Source: Myxococcota bacterium (GTDB lineage Bacteria; Myxococcota; XYA12-FULL-58-9; JALHOP01). From it: 14,836 nucleotides of DNA. The notes under the pieces were generated by a model. It had not been told where the DNA came from, made no database searches, and was given only the letters and a program-made list of their open reading frames with translations. Position numbers and translations under genes: made by a program. The DNA lies in contig JBGGMJ010000200.1 of NCBI GenBank assembly GCA_041288095.1, positions 1 through 14,836 on the forward strand, given 5' to 3'. Positions 1 through 7,998 of this stretch are shown piece after piece. Positions within the stretch are counted from its first letter, which is position 1; each line of letters opens with the position of its first letter.

Positions 1-1
1 C

Positions 2-214
2 CCTGACGGCGCTGGCTCGCAAATATTCCCTGATGTCCGAGGCGCTTCCGGCGCGCTCCATGTCATGCACGCGTCCAGCTACCACCAGAAGGTCATCATC
101 ACGCGAACGGACCTCGCTGGTTACGTGAATGCGCGTGAGGACCGGCAGGGCGTCATGGTGGCTAGACCGCAGCCGCCCCTGGTTCCCACCACCACCGCCA
201 ACGCGGCGCCCTGA
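2..214 (+). CDS. 3' end of a hypothetical protein (partial, enters from the window edge)
   Basis: Frame 2 is open from base 2 to TGA at 212-214 (PDGAGSQIFPDVRG...VARPQPPLVPTTTANAAP*). Third codon positions are mostly G/C. Not in the ORF track because the start lies outside the window. Confidence 0.6.
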   Translation, partial: PDGAGSQIFPDVRGASGALHVMHASSYHQKVIITRTDLAGYVNAREDRQGVMVARPQPPLVPTTTANAAP

Positions 215-285
215 AACGCGCAACCAGCCGCCGCGTCCCGCCGAAAAAGCAATCCAGAAGTCGACAACACCGGCAGGGACTATCC

Positions 286-1692
286 ATGAACGTCTCGAGC
301 GACGTCGCCACGTTTGGCCCTCTGCGCATTGCCAGCGTGCACAGCAGGTTGCCCCTCGCCGAGCTCCCGGCCTCGCCGATGATCGCGGTCCCTTGGCATC
401 TGCGGCGGATCGCCAGCGACTGCATCGAGCTCCCCAAGGTGCCGCTGCCGTCGCTCACCCATGTGCGCGTTCCCGGCCTCGATTGCACGATCGCCTTGCC
501 GTCGTACGGCGGTGACGCGGTTCAGACCTTCCGCGACTACGTCGGGGCGCTGCAGCGCAAAGGCATCTTCGCGAGCGGCGATCCGGCTTTCGCCGAAGAC
601 GAGCAGCGCATCGCTACGCTATTGCAGACAACGACGGCGACGCAGGCGCCGCAGCCGCGGCTGTCGGGCCGACCAGTCGTAGGCATCGTCGTATCGAGCC
701 CGTTGATGCTGCTCGACCGCGATCACTCACGCCTCGAGTCGCACGCCTATCTCAAGGACGCGATCGCGAGGATCCGCGCCGAGGGCGGCGAGCCGGTGAT
801 TATCCCGCCCTGCGCCGACATCCATGCGCCCAATCCCGGCACCGTCACTCGCATCGCGGCCTGCCGTGCTCTCGCGCAGCCGCTGCGCGGCATGGTCGGT
901 ATGGGCGGCGACGACATCGACGCCAGCATGCACGGCGCCTCCAACGAGCTTTGCATCAACACCAACCACGCGCGTGACGAGTTCGAAGCCTGCTTTGCGC
1001 GCATCGCGCTCTCTCGTCCGTTGTTCGCCCTCGGCGTCTGCCGCTCGCACCAGCTCTGGAATGTCATCTTCGGCGGCACCATGTTCACCGACGTGCAGCG
1101 CCAGGGCGCGTCGTCGGTACCGCAGTCGCAACGCGGCATCGAGCTGCCTTTGAGCGAGCCCTACGTGCTGCGCGACGCCAAGGGCAACGTGCTCTTCGCC
1201 AACTGGGTGGAGCTCGCGGTCGGCAGCCAGCTCTCGCACCTCGTGCGGCCGTTCGCGGCTGGTTGTAGCGCCGCCATGCAGCCCTGGGCCGGCGCCGGGC
1301 TACTCGCTATCCTCACCAACAGCAATCATCACCAAGCGGTGGCCCGGATCGGCGTGGGCTTCAAGCTCGCTGGTTGGTCGCCCGACGCGAAGGCGGGGGT
1401 TTCGCTCATCGAGTCGACCGAGCGTTGGAACGCGCTCACTTCGCAGTGGCATCCCGAGTACATGAAGGACCCCATGCAACGCGGAATCCTGCGCACGGTC
1501 GTGAACCGGGCGGCGATCTTCGACCGCCTCCATGACTTGGTTGCACGTGGCTCCGGGGACGTCGCGACGATCTACAGCTGGGCGAAAGCGCGGAACCGCT
1601 TCAGCGACGCCGACCTGCTCTGGATCAAGACGGACCTCGCCCGCAACTTCGAGCATGTGCGTCGCGTCATCGAGGCGGATCTGGGTCACTGA
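286..1692 (+). CDS. Peptidase C26 / gamma-glutamyl-GABA hydrolase (PuuD)-like class I glutamine amidotransferase-fold protein with N- and C-terminal extensions
   Basis: Family motifs RPVVGI, GGEPVIIP, GGDDID, LGVCRSHQLWNVIFGG (Cys252), NSNHHQAV and QWHPE (His389, Glu391). The Cys-His-Glu triad is intact. Confidence 0.88.
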   Translation: MNVSSDVATFGPLRIASVHSRLPLAELPASPMIAVPWHLRRIASDCIELPKVPLPSLTHVRVPGLDCTIALPSYGGDAVQTFRDYVGALQRKGIFASGDPAFAEDEQRIATLLQTTTATQAPQPRLSGRPVVGIVVSSPLMLLDRDHSRLESHAYLKDAIARIRAEGGEPVIIPPCADIHAPNPGTVTRIAACRALAQPLRGMVGMGGDDIDASMHGASNELCINTNHARDEFEACFARIALSRPLFALGVCRSHQLWNVIFGGTMFTDVQRQGASSVPQSQRGIELPLSEPYVLRDAKGNVLFANWVELAVGSQLSHLVRPFAAGCSAAMQPWAGAGLLAILTNSNHHQAVARIGVGFKLAGWSPDAKAGVSLIESTERWNALTSQWHPEYMKDPMQRGILRTVVNRAAIFDRLHDLVARGSGDVATIYSWAKARNRFSDADLLWIKTDLARNFEHVRRVIEADLGH

Positions 1693-2497
1693 ACGCGAGA
1701 GCCGCGGCCGTCTGTTCCATCAGGAGGCGCGCCGCGCCGAGAAGGCGCATGGAGCCGATGACGGCGCCGCCGGCGTGGGCCTCGCGGGCGCGCTCGAGCG
1801 TCATCTCGGTGCGTTGGATGCGAGTGCGGGCGCTCACGAGACGGTCGCCGTAGGCCGCGAGGACGTCCGCTGGTGCGGTGCGTTGCATGCGGGCCCAGGT
1901 CGCTTCGGCGGCCGGCATGGCGATGCGATTGGCGGCAAGGCGCGCCGTGACATCCGCCATGGCGGCGTCGTGGCCGTCCACCGAAATGGACGCGGCGGCG
2001 ATCAAGCCGGCGGCATTGCGCAACGCGAGGCGCGCGTCGGCTTGCGCTTGGCCCGCCGCGGTGTCGTCACCACGCTCGATCGCCCGGTTCGCGAGCGTTT
2101 CGTGCTCACGCGCTTGGCGAAGAGCCGCGAACACCGAAACACCCTCTTCGTCGAGCAACGCCGAAGCGGGAAGACCCAGGCGGCGGGCCAACCCTTCGCG
2201 CGCTCCCTGGGCGTTGCGCTCGGCCGTCGCGATTTCTTCGCCAAGAGGCGCGGCTGCGCGCGCCATCGCGGCGAGGCGTCCCATGCGCTCGAGGTGGGCA
2301 CGGCCCGTTGGGAGGCGGGGCTCCGCGAGACCGCGAGTGTGGTCAGGCGGCGCCGCGCCCGGCGGGGCACTGCCGGGCGCGACGCGCGTGTCGTTGTCCG
2401 CTGCAGCGGTCAACGGCTCCGTGGATGCGGAGGTCACCGCGGAGAGCGCGGTGAATGGGGACGACTGATGTTCGCCTTGGCGGACGGCGATAAGCAT
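1667..2497 (-). CDS. Hypothetical Ala/Arg-rich, probably helical protein (start uncertain)
   Basis: 276-aa ORF filling the gap between two genes, with amphipathic helical patterning after a Pro/Ala/Ser/Thr-rich N-terminus. It lies 20 nt downstream of the 157-aa gene on the same strand. Confidence 0.6.
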   Translation of the reverse strand: MLIAVRQGEHQSSPFTALSAVTSASTEPLTAAADNDTRVAPGSAPPGAAPPDHTRGLAEPRLPTGRAHLERMGRLAAMARAAAPLGEEIATAERNAQGAREGLARRLGLPASALLDEEGVSVFAALRQAREHETLANRAIERGDDTAAGQAQADARLALRNAAGLIAAASISVDGHDAAMADVTARLAANRIAMPAAEATWARMQRTAPADVLAAYGDRLVSARTRIQRTEMTLERAREAHAGGAVIGSMRLLGAARLLMEQTAAALAFSDPDPPR

Positions 2498-2517
2498 GGC
2501 GGACTCGCTGCAAACGT

Positions 2518-2991
2518 CTAGGAGCGCATCGCGGCCCAGGCCTCTGGGCTTGCGTGCTTCTTCAGAAAGGCGTCGAGGTCGGCGCGCTCGGCTTTGGACA
2601 GGTCGCCGCGGAGCTGCTGGTACTCGTGCTTGAGCGCCTCGGCTTCGGGTCCGCCGCTCAAGCCGCCGATCTCACAGCCGCGCGCGAAGCCCAGGATCTG
2701 CTGGCCGCGCGCGGTCACGCTCGAGATGCTGGCGGTCGGCGTACCCTGATTCACGCCTGGGTCGTCGAGGTAGCGCTCGAGGGACCGGCGAGCCTGCCCG
2801 GTGAGGCCGTTCACCACGCGGCTCTGGAAGTCGTAGAAGTCCTTCGGCGCGGTCACGTTAGCGCGGTGCTTCACGTATTCATCGATCAGAGCCCGATCGT
2901 CGAGGACGTCGATACCGCTGATTTCGGCGGCGCGGGCAAACGCCAGGGTCGCGAGGGCACGGGCCTCGCCAATCGATACGTTGGGACGCAT
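2518..2991 (-). CDS. Hypothetical protein, 157 aa
   Basis: Protein-like composition and G/C third-position bias; GGAG Shine-Dalgarno (SD) ~9 nt upstream of the ATG. Confidence 0.75.
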   Translation of the reverse strand: MRPNVSIGEARALATLAFARAAEISGIDVLDDRALIDEYVKHRANVTAPKDFYDFQSRVVNGLTGQARRSLERYLDDPGVNQGTPTASISSVTARGQQILGFARGCEIGGLSGGPEAEALKHEYQQLRGDLSKAERADLDAFLKKHASPEAWAAMRS

Positions 2992-3061
2992 CGGGGCAGC
3001 TCCAGAAAACGATGGTGGGGAGGGGATGGTGGGCCTCCGGCCGGGAGGCCAGAGGTCGCAT

Positions 3062-3090
3062 GTTATCGAGTGCGGTCGCGATTTGGTTCG
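3062..3090 (-). promoter_or_regulatory. Candidate alternative-sigma promoter CGAAC-N17-CGATAAC for the 157-aa/276-aa genes
   Basis: Minus strand reads CGAAC caaatcgcgaccgcact CGATAAC. Same geometry as the motifs at 7617-7645 and 13941-13968. Confidence 0.35.
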
Positions 3091-3145
3091 CGAATCGCCG
3101 GATCATTGCCAGACCGCATTTCGTCCCACACAATCGGCGGTCTCG

Positions 3146-3748
3146 ATGACTCGTGGCCGTGATCCCGACCATTTCAGCCGAAGAGCCAAGCAGGAAGGCC
3201 ACGCCGCCCGCTCGATCTACAAACTCGAGGAGATCGACCAGCGCTGGAAGCTCTTGAAGAAGGGGCAGCGCGTCCTCGACCTTGGGTGCTCGCCCGGCTC
3301 CTGGATGCAATATGCCGTCACCAAGGTTGGGCCGTCCGGGCGCGTGCTCGGCATCGACTTGAAGCCCGTGAACGCCACCTTCCCGCCGCACGCCGAGGCC
3401 CGGGTCGGCGACATTTACAAGCTCGACCAGGCGACGCTGGGCGACCCTTACGACGTCGTCCTCTCGGACATGGCGCCTTCGACGATGGGCGACCACACGA
3501 CCGACGCCTTGCGCTCGGCGGCGCTTGCCGAACAAGCCATCGCCATCGCTGACGCCTTCGTGAAACCTTCCGGCTCCATGGTGGTCAAAGTGCTCGAGGG
3601 TGGCGAGATTCAGAACCTGGTGGTGCTCATGCGCCGCATCTTCGAGAAGGTGGAGCGTTTACGACCGCAGGCGACGCGGCAGCGCTCCACCGAGATTTTT
3701 CTGGTCGGCTTGGGCCGCAAGGCCAAAGCCAAGGACGCGACATCGTGA
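3146..3748 (+). CDS. rlmE: 23S rRNA Um2552 2'-O-methyltransferase RlmE (FtsJ/RrmJ)
   Basis: ARSIYKLEEID, SAM-binding VLDLGCSPGSW, DVVLSDMAP, VVKV, ATRQRSTEIF give the K-D-K-E tetrad. Start reassigned to ATG 3146 (MTRGRDPDHF, 200 aa); the 2981 start would overlap the divergent gene. Confidence 0.93.
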   Translation: MTRGRDPDHFSRRAKQEGHAARSIYKLEEIDQRWKLLKKGQRVLDLGCSPGSWMQYAVTKVGPSGRVLGIDLKPVNATFPPHAEARVGDIYKLDQATLGDPYDVVLSDMAPSTMGDHTTDALRSAALAEQAIAIADAFVKPSGSMVVKVLEGGEIQNLVVLMRRIFEKVERLRPQATRQRSTEIFLVGLGRKAKAKDATS

Positions 3749-6303
3749 CGGTAACTCGTACCCGCTTCGACAACGGCCTGACTCTGCTCACACAGGAGCA
3801 GCACGCCGCCCCGGTCGTCGCCATTCAATGTTGGGTCAACGTCGGCTCCGCTGACGAAACCGACGACATCGCCGGCATCGCGCACGTCCACGAGCACATG
3901 TTGTTCAAGGGCACCGAGCGCCGCGGCCTCGGTGAGATCGCGCGGGCCGTCGAAGGGGCGGGCGGCGAGATCAACGCATGGACCTCGTACGATCAGACGG
4001 TCTACCACGTCGTGCTCGCCGCCGACGAAGCGGCGACGGGCCTCGACATCCTCAGCGACGCTATCCGCCATAGCGCCTTCGACGCCGAGGAGCTCAAGCG
4101 CGAGATCGAAGTCATCATCGAGGAGATCCGTAGGGCCGAAGATGCTCCGTCGCGGCGTATCGCCAAGGCACTGTTCGCCATGGCGTATGAGCAGCACCCG
4201 TATCACCGGCCGGTCATCGGCAGCGAAGCGACCGTCCGCGCGCTCACGCGTGAGCGCATCCTCCAATTCTTCCGCGATCACTATCGCCCCGACAACGTCA
4301 CCGTCGTGGTCACTGGCGCCTTCGACACGCAGCAAATGGTGCAGCTCGTTCGCCGTTACTTCGGTGACTGGCGGGCAAGCGGCACGCGCCGCCTGCCGCC
4401 CCGTGCCGTCGAAGGCGAACAGGTCGACCTGCGGCTCAAGGTGATGAGCGAGCAGGTGAAGGAGTCGCGCGTCTCGGTGGCCTGGCACATCCCGGGCCTC
4501 GTGCACGAGGACATCGCGGCCATCGACGTCTTGTCTGTCCTTTTGGGCCATGGCGACAGCTCGCGCCTCTACGTGAAGACACGGCGCGCCGAGGAGCTCG
4601 TCAACGACGTGTACGCTTACGCGTACACCCCGCGCGACCCCGGCGTGTTCATCGTCGGTGCCGGGCTCAAGGCCGAGACCATGGAGCCGGCGCTCGAGTC
4701 GGTCCTCTCGACGGTCTACGATCTGCGCCACCGCTTGGTGGGCGCGGACGAGCTCGAGAAGGCGAAGGTCATCGTCCTCTCCGAGTCGGCCTATCAACGG
4801 GAGACCGTGCAAGGCGAAGCGCGCAAGCTCGGCTTCTTCGAGACCGTCGCCGGCGACTTCCAGTTCGAGAAGTCCTACGACGCCGCCTTGCGCAAGATCA
4901 CGCCCGAAGCCATCCGTGAAGCGGCGCGCAAGTACATCACGCGAGCGCCGAGCATCGTCATGCAGCAGCCGCCCGAGGCGAAGGTGCCCGGCCTCGAGCA
5001 AGTGCGCGGTTTGGTCGAGCGTGCATGGAGCAAGGCGGGCGAACGCATGCATCGCGGTACCCGCGGCGAGCTCGACGTCACGCGTGTCACTCTCGCGAAT
5101 GGTTGCACTATTCTCGTGCGCGAGGAGGACACCCCGGTGGTCGCGGCGCGCGCCGTCGCTCTCGGCGGCGTCCTCTGGGAGAGCGCGAAGAACAGCGGCA
5201 TCGGTAACCTCTTGGCGTCCGTCTGGGGCACCGCGACGACGCGGTACGGAGCCGAGGAGCTGTCCGCTAAAATAGCCGGCATGGGCGGAACGCTCGCCTC
5301 GTTCAGCGGCCGCAACAGCATCGGTTTGCGCACCGACGTCATCCGTGAAAACGCCGTCGAGGGCCTCGCCTTGTTCTGCGACGCTCTCCTCACGCCCGAG
5401 TTGTCGCGGGACGACATCGAGCGCGAGCGCCAGGTGATCATCGAGCGCATCAAGAACCGCGAGGACAACCCCGCGGGCTTTGCCTTCGATCTTTTCTCCT
5501 CCATGCTCTTCCCCGGCCACCCGTACGGCTACCGGATGACCGGCACCGAAGAGAGCATCGCGGCCATCGACGCGACCGCGCTCATGCAACACCTGTCGCT
5601 CCTGGGCTCGCCGGACAAGCTGATCATCTGCGTCACGGGTGGCATCGAAGTGGACCGCGTTCTCGATACGCTAGCGGCGCGCCTCGAAGCCGTGCCACGT
5701 GGGCCCGCGTTACCTCCGGCACCGACCATGGCCGCGATGGCGGACGGTTTGCGCGAGAGGCAAGCGACGCTCGACAAGAAGCAAGCGCATGTCCTCATCG
5801 GCGGGCGCGGCACCACGGTCGACGACCCGGACCGCTTCGCGCTCGAGGTGCTCACGACGGTGCTGTCCGGCCAGAGCGGCCGGCTCTTCATGGACCTTCG
5901 CGACCGCCAAAGCCTGGCCTACTCGGTCAGCAGCACCGCGGTGGAAGGCCTGCAGCCCGGTCATGTGCTCGTCCACATGGGCACGAGCCCCGAGAAGGTC
6001 GAGCAGGCGGTCAAGAGTCTCTACGAGCACCTGACGCGTATCGCCACCGATCCCGTGAGTGACACCGAGCTCATGCGTAGCAAGCGCTACCTCATCGGCA
6101 CGCACGCCATCGAGCTGCAACGCACGGGCTCGCGCGCCACCAGCATGGCGCTCTCGGAGCGATTCGGCTTGGGCTACGGGGCGCAAGCCAAGTACCCCGA
6201 TGCCATTCGCGCGGTGACGGCGGCGCGGGTCCTCGAAGTGGCGCGGCGCTACCTCGACCCCGCCAAGCTCATTCAAGTCGTGGTTGGCCCGCGCGGCGCA
6301 TGA
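3745..6303 (+). CDS. M16 family (pitrilysin/insulinase-like) zinc protease, two fused halves
   Basis: VGSADE..GIAHVHEHMLFKGT (HxxEH), GGEINAWTSYDQT, EVIIEE, HPYHRPVIG. The second half lacks HxxEH but has RLF..LRDRQSLAY. The GTG start overlaps the rlmE stop (GTGA). Confidence 0.95.
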   Translation: MTVTRTRFDNGLTLLTQEQHAAPVVAIQCWVNVGSADETDDIAGIAHVHEHMLFKGTERRGLGEIARAVEGAGGEINAWTSYDQTVYHVVLAADEAATGLDILSDAIRHSAFDAEELKREIEVIIEEIRRAEDAPSRRIAKALFAMAYEQHPYHRPVIGSEATVRALTRERILQFFRDHYRPDNVTVVVTGAFDTQQMVQLVRRYFGDWRASGTRRLPPRAVEGEQVDLRLKVMSEQVKESRVSVAWHIPGLVHEDIAAIDVLSVLLGHGDSSRLYVKTRRAEELVNDVYAYAYTPRDPGVFIVGAGLKAETMEPALESVLSTVYDLRHRLVGADELEKAKVIVLSESAYQRETVQGEARKLGFFETVAGDFQFEKSYDAALRKITPEAIREAARKYITRAPSIVMQQPPEAKVPGLEQVRGLVERAWSKAGERMHRGTRGELDVTRVTLANGCTILVREEDTPVVAARAVALGGVLWESAKNSGIGNLLASVWGTATTRYGAEELSAKIAGMGGTLASFSGRNSIGLRTDVIRENAVEGLALFCDALLTPELSRDDIERERQVIIERIKNREDNPAGFAFDLFSSMLFPGHPYGYRMTGTEESIAAIDATALMQHLSLLGSPDKLIICVTGGIEVDRVLDTLAARLEAVPRGPALPPAPTMAAMADGLRERQATLDKKQAHVLIGGRGTTVDDPDRFALEVLTTVLSGQSGRLFMDLRDRQSLAYSVSSTAVEGLQPGHVLVHMGTSPEKVEQAVKSLYEHLTRIATDPVSDTELMRSKRYLIGTHAIELQRTGSRATSMALSERFGLGYGAQAKYPDAIRAVTAARVLEVARRYLDPAKLIQVVVGPRGA

Positions 6304-7589
6304 AGAGGTTGATGCTCGCGGCGATGTTTGCCGCCTGCGCCTGCGCCGAGGAGCCGCAAGGGCCGGCGCTCGCGGACGAGCTCGCGGTCGTCCCCGGGTT
6401 GCACGTCTTCGCCGCCGACGCTTGGACCGACGGCCGCACCCGCGTCATCGCCGACTTCGAGCAAGCCGTCGACCACACGAACCCGAGCGGCCAGGCCTTC
6501 ATGCAGCGCCTGGTCATCTTCCATCGCGATGCCGCCGCGCCGATGGTGCTGTCCACCCAGGGCTACGGCGTCGGCGAGGGACTCGGCACCACCGAGCCGA
6601 CGGCGATTCTCCAGGCCAACGAGGTCCAGGTCGAGCATCGCTTCTTCGGCGCCTCGCTGCCGGAGCCAGCCGATTGGAGCCAGGTAACCATCGCGCAGGC
6701 CGCTGGCGACCACCACGCCGTCGTCCAGGCCCTTTCTGTCTATTATAGCGGACCATGGGTGTCCACGGGCGCGAGCAAGGGAGGAGTCGCCGCGCTCGCG
6801 CATCGGCGCTTCTATCCCGCCGACGTCGCCGGCACGGTTGCTTACGTGGCGCCGTTCACCATGGGCCTCGCCGATGTGCGCTACGTCAGCTATGTGAATG
6901 AGCTCGGCGCGGACAGCTGCGGCGCCGCCCTGCGTGATTTCCAGGAAGAAATCCTCACCGAGCCGAGACGCGGCGAGCTCGTAGCGAGCCTCGATGAAGC
7001 CATGGACCTTCGTGGCTACGAAACCAGCACGCTCGGTACCGACGCGATCCTCGAGCTGACGACCGTCGAGACGGCCTTCACCTTCTGGCAATACAGCAGC
7101 GCCGACAATTGCCAGCTCATTCCCGACGTCGCCACCGACAGCGACGACGAAGTCCTCTCCTTCATCGACGCCACCAACCGCTTCGCTCTCTGGAGCGACC
7201 AGGGCATCGCCGAGGATCAAGGCTACTGGCTCGCGGTCGCGGCCGAGCAGGGCTATCCGGCCGTTCCCAAAGCGCACCTCGGCGGCCTGCTGCGTCACGA
7301 CGACGAGCCCACCCCGTTGCGGATGGTCACGGCCCTCGCCTCACCGCCGGCCTACGACCCGGGACCCATGCAGGACCTCGCCGATTGGGTCGCGACCGAA
7401 GCCGCCAACGTCGTGCTCATCTATGGCTCCCGCGACCCGTGGACGGCCGGCGCCTTCACGATCTCCGGCGCCAATGACACCAGCAGCCACCTCGTGACCG
7501 GCGGCAATCACCTCGCGCGCGTGCGCAGCCTCCCGCAAAACGAGCAGGACGCGATCGTCACGCGGCTCGAGGCCTGGTTAGCGCGCTAG
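6300..7589 (+). CDS. S37/S28-type serine peptidase (PS-10 / tripeptidyl aminopeptidase-like), probable lipoprotein
   Basis: FEQAVDHTNP..F.QR, VEHRFFG, nucleophile motif GASKGG, YGSRDPW (Asp) and GGNH (His). The N-terminus MKRLMLAAMFAACAC resembles a lipoprotein signal. ATGA overlap with the M16 stop. Confidence 0.9.
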   Translation: MKRLMLAAMFAACACAEEPQGPALADELAVVPGLHVFAADAWTDGRTRVIADFEQAVDHTNPSGQAFMQRLVIFHRDAAAPMVLSTQGYGVGEGLGTTEPTAILQANEVQVEHRFFGASLPEPADWSQVTIAQAAGDHHAVVQALSVYYSGPWVSTGASKGGVAALAHRRFYPADVAGTVAYVAPFTMGLADVRYVSYVNELGADSCGAALRDFQEEILTEPRRGELVASLDEAMDLRGYETSTLGTDAILELTTVETAFTFWQYSSADNCQLIPDVATDSDDEVLSFIDATNRFALWSDQGIAEDQGYWLAVAAEQGYPAVPKAHLGGLLRHDDEPTPLRMVTALASPPAYDPGPMQDLADWVATEAANVVLIYGSRDPWTAGAFTISGANDTSSHLVTGGNHLARVRSLPQNEQDAIVTRLEAWLAR

Positions 7590-7616
7590 CGAAAACGCGG
7601 GGTTGCGCGCGGACGA

Positions 7617-7645
7617 GCAACTGCCACGGTGGCACACCCGATACT
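7617..7645 (+). promoter_or_regulatory. Candidate alternative-sigma promoter GCAAC-N17-CGATACT, 6 nt before ATG 7652 (leaderless-like)
   Basis: Read directly from the sequence; no SD before the ATG. The spacer contains the palindrome TGCCAC-G-GTGGCA (7622-7634). Confidence 0.35.
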
Positions 7646-7651
7646 CTCGGT

Positions 7652-7948
7652 ATGAGCAACGTGAGCCCCGCAGAGCCCTTCGCCCGCGCCAATGTCCATT
7701 CACCCGACACCGCTCGAGCCACCGCCGTCGTCACCCGACCAGCCGCCGGCGCCGTGGCTGTTCCAGACGAGCCAGGCCTCATCGACACGTATGCGGCGAT
7801 GCCCGCCTCATCGAAGATCGCTCTGTCGTCCTGGGCGCTGACGCTCCTGGTCGCGGGCTCGAATGCGCCCGGTGAAATCGCCTTGGCGCTCTTCGCCGCG
7901 AGCGCGGCGGCTACCGGCGTTGCCCTGATCGCAGGCCGCAGGTCCTAA
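7652..7948 (+). CDS. Small hypothetical membrane protein (two C-terminal hydrophobic segments)
   Basis: 98-aa ORF filling the gap. Polar Pro/Ala-rich N-half, then IALSSWALTLLVAG and IALALFAASAAATGVALIAG, ending RRS. Confidence 0.65.
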   Translation: MSNVSPAEPFARANVHSPDTARATAVVTRPAAGAVAVPDEPGLIDTYAAMPASSKIALSSWALTLLVAGSNAPGEIALALFAASAAATGVALIAGRRS

Positions 7949-7998
7949 TCGGATCTGAAAACAGCTAGACTCCGAACGTTCCAGGAACTCGGAGCCCC

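Noticed and set aside
1532..2521. 329-aa plus-strand ORF, and 1878-2468, as alternatives to the 276-aa minus-strand gene
   Set aside because: Arg/Gly- or Ala/Ser/Arg-rich shadow-type composition, and the 329-aa ORF overlaps the C26 gene by 161 nt. The minus-strand frame looks more protein-like, though it is not proven.
3610..5592. 660-aa minus-strand ORF, and similar long antisense ORFs (6273-7298, 7945-8928, 9242-9844, 11914-13275, 13279-14070)
   Set aside because: Shadow frames opposite well-supported genes, expected from GC-rich codon bias; no motifs and unnatural composition.
7579..7588. Palindrome TAGCGCGCTA at the S37 peptidase stop
   Set aside because: No loop or U-tract, and GCGC-core palindromes are frequent at this GC content.
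7630..7645. Possible sigma54 promoter (TGGCAC)
   Set aside because: The -12 TTGC element is missing; the sequence reads ATAC at that position.
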